From the IMG/VR virus record IMGVR_UViG_3300033066_001054: a stretch of 64,000 nt of DNA. One strand, 5' to 3'. The DNA is from a virus (lineage: Duplodnaviria; Caudoviricetes). How positions within the stretch are numbered: the stretch's first letter is position 1; the number at the start of each line of letters is the position of its first letter. The position numbers were made by a program, and so were the translations under genes. This document shows, in pieces, positions 47,275 through 55,039 of the stretch. The notes beneath the pieces were generated by a model, which was not told the DNA's origin, did not search any database, and worked only from the letters and a program-made list of their open reading frames with translations.

Positions 47275-47295
47275 TCCGGGTAAGGACTTATCAAC

Positions 47296-47685
47296 ATGTG
47301 GAAAGCAAATCAAGAGCGACCTGGAAGCTGGTACATCACGCACAACGACCGAGTTCAACCCTTCGGCGCAATCTTTTTCAATGAGCGCGGCGACATCGGT
47401 GAACTGGTCAAGCGTGCTGTTACACAACTCAACGCCGGCAAGCGCGTCATCCAGGGTGTCCGCGACCTGTACGAAGTCGTCATGACACCTTCTGGTGTGG
47501 CTGATATCAACTTGGTGCGCACTCCACTTTGCAAGAAGTGTAATGTGCCCATGAAAGAGGGTGAAGCACTCCAGAACCAACTCGTTGGTGGTGACTTTCG
47601 CGGTGCCACACTTAGCCACACCGGACCGGCGCAAATGGTCAAGGTATGGAAGTGCCCTGACTGTGGGCACTCGTTCACAAAGTAG
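47296..47685 (+). CDS. zinc-ribbon-containing protein
   Basis: CKKC...KCPDCGHS. Confidence 0.7.
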   Translation: MWKANQERPGSWYITHNDRVQPFGAIFFNERGDIGELVKRAVTQLNAGKRVIQGVRDLYEVVMTPSGVADINLVRTPLCKKCNVPMKEGEALQNQLVGGDFRGATLSHTGPAQMVKVWKCPDCGHSFTK

Positions 47686-47723
47686 CGGTCCCGGAACCGC
47701 GCAAACCACAAAAGGAGTAAGAC

Positions 47724-48014
47724 ATGAGCAGACACACTACTCAAGCAGGCAACCTCGAAGTCGTTCTCGGTGTCGACCGACCACTGAACCATGTGTTCGC
47801 GTCCATCTTCGAAGATGGCGAAGAGGTCGAAGGGTTCGACCCGTTCTCGTGGTTCCAACCGACACCAGCAGGTGTTGATGAGGCGATTTCCGCCGTGGAA
47901 ACCTTCGTTGGCAACAACTGGAAGGTTCCTGGCGAGCTGCGCCAAGCCTTGCTTGATGACCTGACAGCGATGTTATTCGGTGCGTCCATCAACCACGCTA
48001 AGGTACACAGGTAA
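47724..48014 (+). CDS. hypothetical protein
   Basis: ATG 38 nt after motif. Confidence 0.7.
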   Translation: MSRHTTQAGNLEVVLGVDRPLNHVFASIFEDGEEVEGFDPFSWFQPTPAGVDEAISAVETFVGNNWKVPGELRQALLDDLTAMLFGASINHAKVHR

Positions 48015-48059
48015 CCCTGAACCGGCCCCGGAGCTTCGGCTCCGGGGCTTTTTTGCTTC

Positions 48060-48269
48060 ATGAACAAGATTCAACGCATCGCAGCAACACTCGGCATTCC
48101 TGCGAACGAAATCACAAAAGCCGAGCGAAAAGCCATCAGCAAGACCAAATCAGCCGCAGAAGTGTGCCGAATACTTGCAATTGAAGTCGACGGTAATGTA
48201 CAATATGTGCAGGCCGCCATGAAGCGACACAAGAAGTCGAAAGCGCAGGTGTATGCGTATGCGGCGTAA
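48060..48269 (+). CDS. hypothetical protein
   Basis: ATG 37 nt after motif. Confidence 0.7.
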   Translation: MNKIQRIAATLGIPANEITKAERKAISKTKSAAEVCRILAIEVDGNVQYVQAAMKRHKKSKAQVYAYAA

Positions 48270-48281
48270 TGGAGTAAAACT

Positions 48282-48413
48282 ATGAGTCTACAAGGTTCAG
48301 GATGCATGTTCATCATCGGGATGCTGTTCTGTGCGATGTTCTGGGGATTCTATGGTGCTTTTTGGTGGACGGTTGCAAGCGTCATCGTCACCATATTGAG
48401 CAACGACGACTAA
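48282..48413 (+). CDS. small membrane protein (43 aa)
   Basis: SD GGAG; hydrophobic; stop abuts motif. Confidence 0.55.
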   Translation: MSLQGSGCMFIIGMLFCAMFWGFYGAFWWTVASVIVTILSNDD

Positions 48414-48453
48414 GCCGGTCCCGGAACTCAAACAACCAACAAATCACAAAAGC

Positions 48454-48828
48454 ATGTGGAAAACATCAAAGATGGAATCCACCTTCGAGCATAGCCTTGA
48501 AGGTGCAAAGCAGGCTGGGTTCAACGGTTGCATCAAGTATGCCGACCAAGACACCGCAGTCGAAGCCAAAAAGGTACTTCGACCGCACTTGGATGAAGCA
48601 TACGACCTTGTCGCTTACCAGGGTGATGTCACAGCCGAGGTTGACATGGAGTACATGAGCGAACCAAGACTTCGGGTTTCTGAGTTCCTCAAGGCGATTG
48701 TTGCCACTAACCCAGTATCAGCCGAGTTTGAAGCTGAGGATGAGGACGGTGAACAGTACCAGATGAACCTGGTGGATGGTCAATGGGTGCTCATGCAACG
48801 CTCTGACAACTTCCAAGAGGTAGCGTAA
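48454..48828 (+). CDS. hypothetical protein
   Basis: ATG 38 nt after motif. Confidence 0.7.
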   Translation: MWKTSKMESTFEHSLEGAKQAGFNGCIKYADQDTAVEAKKVLRPHLDEAYDLVAYQGDVTAEVDMEYMSEPRLRVSEFLKAIVATNPVSAEFEAEDEDGEQYQMNLVDGQWVLMQRSDNFQEVA

Positions 48829-48871
48829 AACTCGCGGTCCCGGAACTTCGGTTCCGGGACTTTTTTCATTT

Positions 48872-49045
48872 ATGCCGAAAGCAAAGCCGGTCAAGACGCT
48901 CAAAGAGCTGGGCGAAATCATCACTAAGAACTTCTCGCAGAAAATGATTCGCGAGGGGTACAATATCGACCCGTCTGACTTGGAAGAGGTCGGCCGCCAA
49001 GCATTGGCATGGGGCGATATTCGACGCGACGGTACACTCAACTAG
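48872..49045 (+). CDS. hypothetical protein (57 aa)
   Basis: ATG 37 nt after motif; not in ORF track. Confidence 0.65.
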   Translation: MPKAKPVKTLKELGEIITKNFSQKMIREGYNIDPSDLEEVGRQALAWGDIRRDGTLN

Positions 49046-49054
49046 GAGGTTGAT

Positions 49055-49267
49055 ATGCAAACCACAGTAAGGCACTTGCTACCGGGCGATGTCCTGGTAG
49101 GTTCGGGGTTCACGGTGACCCGTGCGCCATATGTTGCGGTCAATACACCGCGTGGCAAGATGTGCGTTGAAGGGCACTACAAGAACAAACCGGTAGGCAC
49201 TCGCATTTGGGGAGCATCAACCACCGTCACAATCAAGCGCGAAGGCGCGGTCCCGGAACCCGGATAG
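49055..49267 (+). CDS. hypothetical protein
   Basis: strong SD AGGAGGT. Confidence 0.7.
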   Translation: MQTTVRHLLPGDVLVGSGFTVTRAPYVAVNTPRGKMCVEGHYKNKPVGTRIWGASTTVTIKREGAVPEPG

Positions 49268-49285
49268 TCCGGGTTCCATACAATC

Positions 49286-49654
49286 ATGGAAACATGGCTG
49301 AAGGACGACGATGCCAAGGCAATCTGCCGGCATCGAGCGAAGTCAAACGAGTACATTCGACGCCGGTTGTCCTCCGGCGCGAAAGTACCGCGAGCGGAAT
49401 GGATGCAATGGGCGCACGAGTACGATGCAGTCCATACAATCCTGAAGGTACTCGCTGGTATCTGCGACGGCGCAAAGTCGCATGATGGATGCGGATTCAA
49501 CAAACTGGACTCAGGCAGGGGCAAGCGACTGGCTTATCAGTCAGAACTTACCAACGATGAGTTCTGGACTGGAGTCCGAATAGTCCGCAAGTACCACAAG
49601 CAAATCGACCCCGCACTCATGGCGTGGGTTCCCCGGTCCCGGAACCCGCAATAG
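49286..49654 (+). CDS. hypothetical protein with CDGA..DG.GFN.LD domain
   Basis: motif resembles a small domain seen appended to phage helicases. Confidence 0.7.
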   Translation: METWLKDDDAKAICRHRAKSNEYIRRRLSSGAKVPRAEWMQWAHEYDAVHTILKVLAGICDGAKSHDGCGFNKLDSGRGKRLAYQSELTNDEFWTGVRIVRKYHKQIDPALMAWVPRSRNPQ

Positions 49655-49670
49655 CGGGTTCCCACCTAAC

Positions 49671-49991
49671 ATGAGCGAAACACTCGAAAACTCCGCCGAC
49701 CGCTTCTTCAAGTGGTTGGATTCAATCGCTGAATCGACGCTCGGGAAAATCGGTAAGTCGAAAGGATTCCATATCTGGCACTCAGGTGGTGGTTGCCATC
49801 ATTTCCGAAAGGACAATCCGAACGGATGCTATGTCCTGGTGTGCCACGAATCCGAGATTCCCGAAAACGACCTTGGAACCTGGATGGTCGGCACCTACGA
49901 TGCCGAAGGTATGGAAATCGGAGTCGAGGACTTCGAGGGAAAACTCGAAGATGCGCTGGATATGGCGGACAAACTTCTAGCCGAAGTCTAG
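49671..49991 (+). CDS. hypothetical protein
   Basis: ATG 37 nt after motif; WHSGGGC. Confidence 0.7.
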   Translation: MSETLENSADRFFKWLDSIAESTLGKIGKSKGFHIWHSGGGCHHFRKDNPNGCYVLVCHESEIPENDLGTWMVGTYDAEGMEIGVEDFEGKLEDALDMADKLLAEV

Positions 49992-50029
49992 CCGGTCCCG
50001 GAACCCCGGAAACGGGGTTCCCACCTATC

Positions 50030-50233
50030 ATGGACATCAAGAAGATTAAACAGTCCATCGGAGAACAGTACGCTTATGTACTGCGCTCCGATATCTACAC
50101 CGATGAGGTGCGCAAGCAAATCATCGCTGCAATGGATGACATGGTGGAACTCACTTCCAAAATCACAGGGTACACCGTGACCGAACTCAAGGAACTCGTA
50201 CCCGATGGACGCCCGGTCCCGGAACCCGCCTAG
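50030..50233 (+). CDS. hypothetical protein
   Basis: ATG 37 nt after motif. Confidence 0.65.
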   Translation: MDIKKIKQSIGEQYAYVLRSDIYTDEVRKQIIAAMDDMVELTSKITGYTVTELKELVPDGRPVPEPA

Positions 50234-50274
50234 TGCGGGTTCCATAAAGCATCACCACGGAGGGTGACAGCATC

Positions 50275-50565
50275 ATGGAAGATAACAAGACAGGTTTACA
50301 ACGTGCCCTAGAGAACGCTGCTATCAAGGCAGGCTGGGGCATTCTCGTCACCGCGATGGCACTGCCTACTGCATGGCAATGGGCAACCACACTTGACCCT
50401 GATGGCATCTTAGGTGTCACGATTGCACTTTGCATCCTCGGATGCGCTGCGCTATCGCCCCTAGTGCTAGGATGCGGGTTTGCATCCGATGACCTGCGAA
50501 AAGCGCGTCGTATATGGCGTGCTTCACGACCACAACTGCGGTCCCGGAATCAGCGGAACGCCTAG
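50275..50565 (+). CDS. two-helix membrane protein
   Basis: SD GGAGG; two hydrophobic segments. Confidence 0.65.
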   Translation: MEDNKTGLQRALENAAIKAGWGILVTAMALPTAWQWATTLDPDGILGVTIALCILGCAALSPLVLGCGFASDDLRKARRIWRASRPQLRSRNQRNA

Positions 50566-50610
50566 ACCATATCAATGTCCCAAGCAATGGGACGGAGGAA
50601 AATCACACTC

Positions 50611-50805
50611 ATGTTCACCGTAGACAAGTTCGACCCCAAGACCAACAAGCTCACCGTCACGTTCGACCTCAGCGCACCCCGCAAGCCGGAACCCGGCAAG
50701 GTCATGTGGATGATGGGTACGACCGGCGGATTCAAGGAAGTTCCCGGCGTCAACATCGACGGGCACGCTCTCAAGTTGTCCGCCAATATCGGCTTCAAGA
50801 AGTAG
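50611..50805 (+). CDS. hypothetical protein
   Basis: SD GGAGG after GTCCC hairpin leader. Confidence 0.7.
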   Translation: MFTVDKFDPKTNKLTVTFDLSAPRKPEPGKVMWMMGTTGGFKEVPGVNIDGHALKLSANIGFKK

Positions 50806-50877
50806 CCACAATCGCCGGTCCCGGAACCCCGCCTAGCGGGGTTCCTCTACATTGTCCCAAGGGACAAAGGAGATACG

Positions 50878-51105
50878 ATGCCTAAGACAAGCACAGTCAT
50901 CGACAACGCCGTTGCGGAATACACGCAACGCCAGACTCGCCAAGCCGTCAAGCGACTGACGGCGCAAGCCGAACGCCTCAATGGTGACCGGCTTTGCCGA
51001 CTTCCCAAAGCCGATGAACGGCTTGTCAAGACCTTGCGCGACCTTAGCGCAATCGACCGCGAAGGTGCCAAGCATCTCGCCAAGTCTATGGGGATGACGT
51101 TCTAA
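50878..51105 (+). CDS. hypothetical protein
   Basis: SD AAGGAG after GTCCC hairpin leader. Confidence 0.7.
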   Translation: MPKTSTVIDNAVAEYTQRQTRQAVKRLTAQAERLNGDRLCRLPKADERLVKTLRDLSAIDREGAKHLAKSMGMTF

Positions 51106-51173
51106 ATCGCCGGTCCCGGAACCCCGCCTAGCGGGGTTCCATTGTAATGTCCCAAGGGACAACAGGAGGAACC

Positions 51174-51383
51174 ATGAAGGTTACTGATATCCGCCTCACC
51201 GCTTCGGCAGAGGGCACGCTCGTCACTCCGGTAAACGCGCTCGGTTCGCGGGTTGCCAAGACCCAACTGCCAGGTTGCGGTGACTTTACCGCCATTGGCG
51301 TGCCCGTGACCGTCAAGATGCCGGTCGATATTGTCAAGTCGATTCTGCGCGGTCGAGGTGCGCGATTCAGCGCGACCGCATAA
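51174..51383 (+). CDS. hypothetical protein
   Basis: SD AGGAGG after GTCCC hairpin leader. Confidence 0.7.
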   Translation: MKVTDIRLTASAEGTLVTPVNALGSRVAKTQLPGCGDFTAIGVPVTVKMPVDIVKSILRGRGARFSATA

Positions 51384-51423
51384 CAGCGGTCCCGGAACCC
51401 CGGAAACGGGGTTCCCACCTATC

Positions 51424-51528
51424 ATGAAAGCAATCTTCGCGGTGGCACTGGTGTACGGACTGGTGTTCCACACCACACTGACCATCGTCGTCATCATCGC
51501 ACTTGCGGTGCTTAAGGTAGTTAAGTAA
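51424..51528 (+). CDS. small membrane peptide (34 aa)
   Basis: ATG 37 nt after motif; fully hydrophobic. Confidence 0.6.
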   Translation: MKAIFAVALVYGLVFHTTLTIVVIIALAVLKVVK

Positions 51529-51857
51529 CCGCCGGTCCCGGAACTCAACACACGACCAAACGCCTAAGCATGGCAAGAGAGGTAGTCACATGAAGCGCTG
51601 AGCATTCAAGCTAATCTGGAACCGACAAGCCGGGGTGGTGCCCCGGCTCCAAATCCAAGGCGGCCCCGGACGCCTGGCAAGCGCCCGGTGACTAGCTCCC
51701 GGCTCGCAAGCCGGACCGCCGAGGTCGACCTTGGTGCCAATCGCTGTTTCCCTAAGTGGAGGGGGTGGGGTCAAGATTTTAGGTACCATATTGGAAATAG
51801 TAACGTCCGTATACGGGATGTTATTTTTCTTCTGTGAGTCATATTAGTGAGCGCCAT

Positions 51858-52572
51858 GGTGGGTCTAAAAAACAGTTTTGGTTTCAGAAAGACCATTTTT
51901 CAAAAAAATATCACAAATTTTTTCTAGATTGTAAAACCATTCTGGAACCACGGTTGAATGATGCTTTCTATGACAAATTACGCACAGTAATTCACATTTG
52001 CAAAGTTCAGTCTGTATTGTGTCCCATGGTAGCAAACGGTTGATTCCATCTCCTATTTCAAAGGTTTTCATAGATTCGTCTATGTGATGATAGTCAAATA
52101 AACAAAAGTCATCTTGAAGATTAGACTTAAGACCGCAACGATTACACTTACCGCTCATTTGAATGATTGCCAAACGTTTTAATTGCCATTTGCGATAAAG
52201 ATGCAAGCAAGCACCACACAGTTGCAATTCGTTGTTTCGACACGTTCGACCGCACACCTTGCACTTTGGTACATGAATTGGTTTTGGTTTTTGATTTAAT
52301 CTTGTGACGCCCCTTCTGGTATCTCCGGTGTAAGGCAAGCACTTAAAGCAATACTTTCTATTGTAGTTGCCAACCCTTTGACCAAGTTGATTCTCCCTCG
52401 GATAAAACAAATCACCACAAGACTGACAGGTTTTATATGAACTAGTACTTCTGTTTCTTCCCATGTGACTCTTATACACTATATGGGAGTCTTGAACAGG
52501 GGGGGTGGGTCGGAAAAACCGATTTTGGTTTGGAAACGGCCATTTTCGAAAAAATACCACACAAAAATTTCT
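51858..52572 (+). repeat. diverged ~70-bp direct repeats (51858-51925 and 52504-52572) flanking the HNH gene
   Basis: GGTGGGTC..AAAAAC..TTTTGGTTT..GAAA..CCATTTT..AAAAAATA.CACA in both copies. Confidence 0.75.
51865..52464 (-). CDS. HNH endonuclease with zinc-ribbon N-terminus
   Basis: CNRCG...FDYHHID...ELCKCELLCVICHRKHH; several CxxC; probable start MGRNRS at 52464, 6 nt after TATAAG. Confidence 0.8.
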   Translation of the reverse strand: MGRNRSTSSYKTCQSCGDLFYPRENQLGQRVGNYNRKYCFKCLPYTGDTRRGVTRLNQKPKPIHVPKCKVCGRTCRNNELQLCGACLHLYRKWQLKRLAIIQMSGKCNRCGLKSNLQDDFCLFDYHHIDESMKTFEIGDGINRLLPWDTIQTELCKCELLCVICHRKHHSTVVPEWFYNLEKICDIFLKNGLSETKTVF

Positions 52573-52624
52573 GCAAAGATTTTCGACTTGCTTTTTTGGG
52601 GCGCGATGATGTATACTCAGGCGC

Positions 52625-52756
52625 ATGAGCGTTGCTTTACCCGAAAGGCCGATACAGTCTGAATCACCTGTGCCTGAAGTGCGGACTGGTGCTGGAGTTC
52701 CACCACCCCAAAAACCACCGAAGGCACCACCAGTGAGTCCACCGGAGGATGATTGA
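52625..52756 (+). CDS. Pro-rich small protein (43 aa)
   Basis: TATACT 7 nt upstream; TGATG overlap with next gene. Confidence 0.5.
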   Translation: MSVALPERPIQSESPVPEVRTGAGVPPPQKPPKAPPVSPPEDD

Positions 52757-53262
52757 TGCCTCCGTATAGAGACTTTACCATAGAGCAGATAACCAAAACA
52801 CTTATCGAGTGCTTCTTGATTGCCGAATACACTGGTATTTACACAAAAAGAACCGTGCCGTCTCAATGTTTGCAAGTAGAAAGGGGCGCAGATACTACCG
52901 CAGTTGATATCTGCAACACTATTGCCAATCACTTTTCCAAAGAACTACTTGACCACTATGGCAAAAAGGCAATCCTTACATCTATCGAAGAACAAGATTT
53001 GTCGCCGGCATCATATAAGGTCGTGCAAGAGTTTGATGGCGTTCAACCTAAGTCCACGGTAATTGAGGATGAAAACATTCCAAAAGCCGAGGCGTTAAAA
53101 ATCACATTCAACAACGGTAGGTCGCCTTGCATATATGTTCACAAAGTAGACCATGAATCCGTGTACTGGAGCATGGATTTTGGCGATGGGTATGCCGAGA
53201 GGGTGAATATGCAGTATTACGGCAGTGTTATTGATGGTATACTGGAGTCCGCAAATGGCTAA
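52756..53262 (+). CDS. hypothetical protein, C-terminal SVIDGILE motif
   Basis: SD GGAGG; first of eight genes with a shared C-terminal motif. Confidence 0.7.
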   Translation: MPPYRDFTIEQITKTLIECFLIAEYTGIYTKRTVPSQCLQVERGADTTAVDICNTIANHFSKELLDHYGKKAILTSIEEQDLSPASYKVVQEFDGVQPKSTVIEDENIPKAEALKITFNNGRSPCIYVHKVDHESVYWSMDFGDGYAERVNMQYYGSVIDGILESANG

Positions 53263-53791
53263 ACGCACACCGGTTAAACCACGTTCCGAGTTCAACTGCA
53301 CACTGTACTTGGCAGATTTGGGTATCGCCATCAAAATGCGCGGCTTATCAGGCTACAAAGGACATTCGTGGCTTGACGACACTCTCAGGCTTACATTCAC
53401 ACCATCATATCCACAGCAGGCTGCGTATCACGGTTCTCAAAATGTCATTGTGTTTCACGAGGCTGGCCGCAGTCACCATTTAACCAACTTACGCACTGGT
53501 AATTTTCAAGGTGGTTCATTACATATAGAGTGTGATGGTGCTAATGAATTACACTTCGAGGAACCAGCTTGCGAATGGTTCTCATTTGATTTTTCACGCT
53601 TTGACGAAGTTTTACAACTGCCAAGACCCACTATGACCGGTTTTTGGTGGTCGTACTATGACCGGCATAATGAGTCTAGCTTAAATGTCGACTATAGATA
53701 CACAGCACGTAAGAATAGCGTGAATTCCCTTGGAACAAAATACATGAAACCCAACAAGCTGGACATCATGTTGGAGGAATTATCGAAATGA
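53255..53791 (+). CDS. hypothetical protein (KRTP paralog family)
   Basis: MAKRTPVK...YLADLGIAIKMR; ends KLDIMLEELSK. Confidence 0.7.
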   Translation: MAKRTPVKPRSEFNCTLYLADLGIAIKMRGLSGYKGHSWLDDTLRLTFTPSYPQQAAYHGSQNVIVFHEAGRSHHLTNLRTGNFQGGSLHIECDGANELHFEEPACEWFSFDFSRFDEVLQLPRPTMTGFWWSYYDRHNESSLNVDYRYTARKNSVNSLGTKYMKPNKLDIMLEELSK

Positions 53792-54465
53792 AACCCCCGG
53801 TTGAAATCAAGCGCGTCGAGCAAGGCGAGCGCGGCATTTCTGACAGTGCCAGTACGAAGAAATTGCTTCAAACACAAAGGGTACACAGTTTGTTCCGTTC
53901 TCATTTCATTGGTCATCTGTGGAAACCGGCAGTAAACCACGAAGACGGTGTACACCACACACGTATTACATGGCCTGAGAAAGACTCTGACGGTCTGGAT
54001 ATCCTAGTTGAAGCAGGTTTTGAGTATGCGCTTGGCGAGTGCCTCAAAGACCAATATATGAAGCGTTCCGGTCCAGTCAACGAAGGCCAGTCAAGATGGT
54101 TCCGTGAATTCGGCCGCAGACACGATGGTATGCTTGCCATCAATCCACTTGACACAATTCTCGAGTACGACAAGTATTTCGGCAAGAACATTGCTCCAGA
54201 GCGCATTGCTTATGCAGATGTCATCCCACCCGGTCACGTGCTTTGCTTTAGCTGGTTGAAAGACAACTACATGCACCTCGAGTTTAACGAAGACGGCACG
54301 GCAGATGCGTGGATGAAATACAACACTCAAATTGACTCCAAAAAGTTTGCTTCAAAAGACGACATTGACGACGACGAACCAGAAATCTGTGATTCAATGC
54401 TGGTCAACATACCCGGCTTGGCTGGCGCATCTGTAGTGGATAACATTCTCGATGGGCTCATATAG
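53788..54465 (+). CDS. hypothetical protein
   Basis: ATGA overlap; ends SVVDNILDGLI. Confidence 0.7.
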   Translation: MKPPVEIKRVEQGERGISDSASTKKLLQTQRVHSLFRSHFIGHLWKPAVNHEDGVHHTRITWPEKDSDGLDILVEAGFEYALGECLKDQYMKRSGPVNEGQSRWFREFGRRHDGMLAINPLDTILEYDKYFGKNIAPERIAYADVIPPGHVLCFSWLKDNYMHLEFNEDGTADAWMKYNTQIDSKKFASKDDIDDDEPEICDSMLVNIPGLAGASVVDNILDGLI

Positions 54466-55021
54466 AACACCAATAAAGCATGACCGGCGACTCAGAAACA
54501 CCGTCTATATCTTTTTAGGCGATGCAAACCTAGCCATGCGTCTCGAACTCAGTGTGGCGCAAAAACCGTCTTGGTATGACAAAAAGGTTTGGTTGGCGTG
54601 TCATCTGTATGACATTAAATATGCACCGTGGGACGGTAAGCTGAATCTCATACATACACCAGGTTCAAAACGCACACACCCATTGATATCAATAATGCTT
54701 GAAGGTGACGCATACTCTAACGAACAATACCGAGACATCATTCTTGAAATCAATGCAATTGATGATTTCCCAACACCTGAAATACCAGAATTTGCCCACA
54801 TGTCTCCGCTCGATGTTATACGCACATCGAGATGTCCTGTTCCATCAAGACTGGATATCAACTGGCAACTTAGCTATCATGGTATATCCACCTTAGAAAT
54901 GTCCGCAGTAAGTCAAGAAACCGGTATACCAGTCGACGCCGGCGCACGTAAGCGCATGGAATCAGACCCAAGCTACCTTGATGATATTTTCCAAACATGG
55001 GGCTTGGCAAATATCACATAG
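54452..55021 (+). CDS. hypothetical protein (KRTP paralog family)
   Basis: YRTPIK...IFLGDANLAMRL; ends SYLDDIFQTW. Confidence 0.7.
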   Translation: MGSYRTPIKHDRRLRNTVYIFLGDANLAMRLELSVAQKPSWYDKKVWLACHLYDIKYAPWDGKLNLIHTPGSKRTHPLISIMLEGDAYSNEQYRDIILEINAIDDFPTPEIPEFAHMSPLDVIRTSRCPVPSRLDINWQLSYHGISTLEMSAVSQETGIPVDAGARKRMESDPSYLDDIFQTWGLANIT

Positions 55022-55039
55022 TTATGGTAGACTACATAC

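Larger units (their letters stand above)
6002..51670 (+). repeat. dispersed one-directional motif CGG(C/T)CCCGGA, about 73 copies
   Basis: first C at 6002,6040,6578,7233,7440,10211,12454,13182,15060,16105,17204,18335,19695,20209,21493,23458,23933,24840,25677,26211,27025,28119,30359,30685,31567,31842,32369,32945,33763,34661,35366,35659,36299,37456,38418,38749,40075,40589,40954,41341,41544,41878,42332,42966,43603,44088,44384,44807,45327,45660,46011,46244,46609,47259,47686,48023,48416,48835,49248,49634,49993,50214,50539,50816,51111,51387,51533,51661; one-mismatch variants 11125,39350,39739,43393,46710; none seen outside this span. Confidence 0.95.

Noticed and set aside
6002-51670. CRISPR array interpretation of the repeated motif
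   Set aside because: The conserved core is only about 10 bp, the intervals are whole genes of 0.1-3 kb, and no cas genes are visible.
6002-51670. Classical integron with attC sites
   Set aside because: No RYYYAAC/GTTRRRY boxes, no conserved bottom-strand hairpin and no tyrosine integrase in the window. The motif is anchored to the downstream start codon. Recombinational shuffling is kept only as a secondary hypothesis.
6002-51670. REP/BIME-like elements or plain terminators
   Set aside because: Strict single orientation, many copies without a hairpin or inside ORFs, and fixed spacing to start codons are not explained by these.
52465-52932. N-terminal extension of ORF 51865..52932
   Set aside because: It runs through the repeat element and antisense to + strand genes; the HNH protein plausibly starts at 52464.
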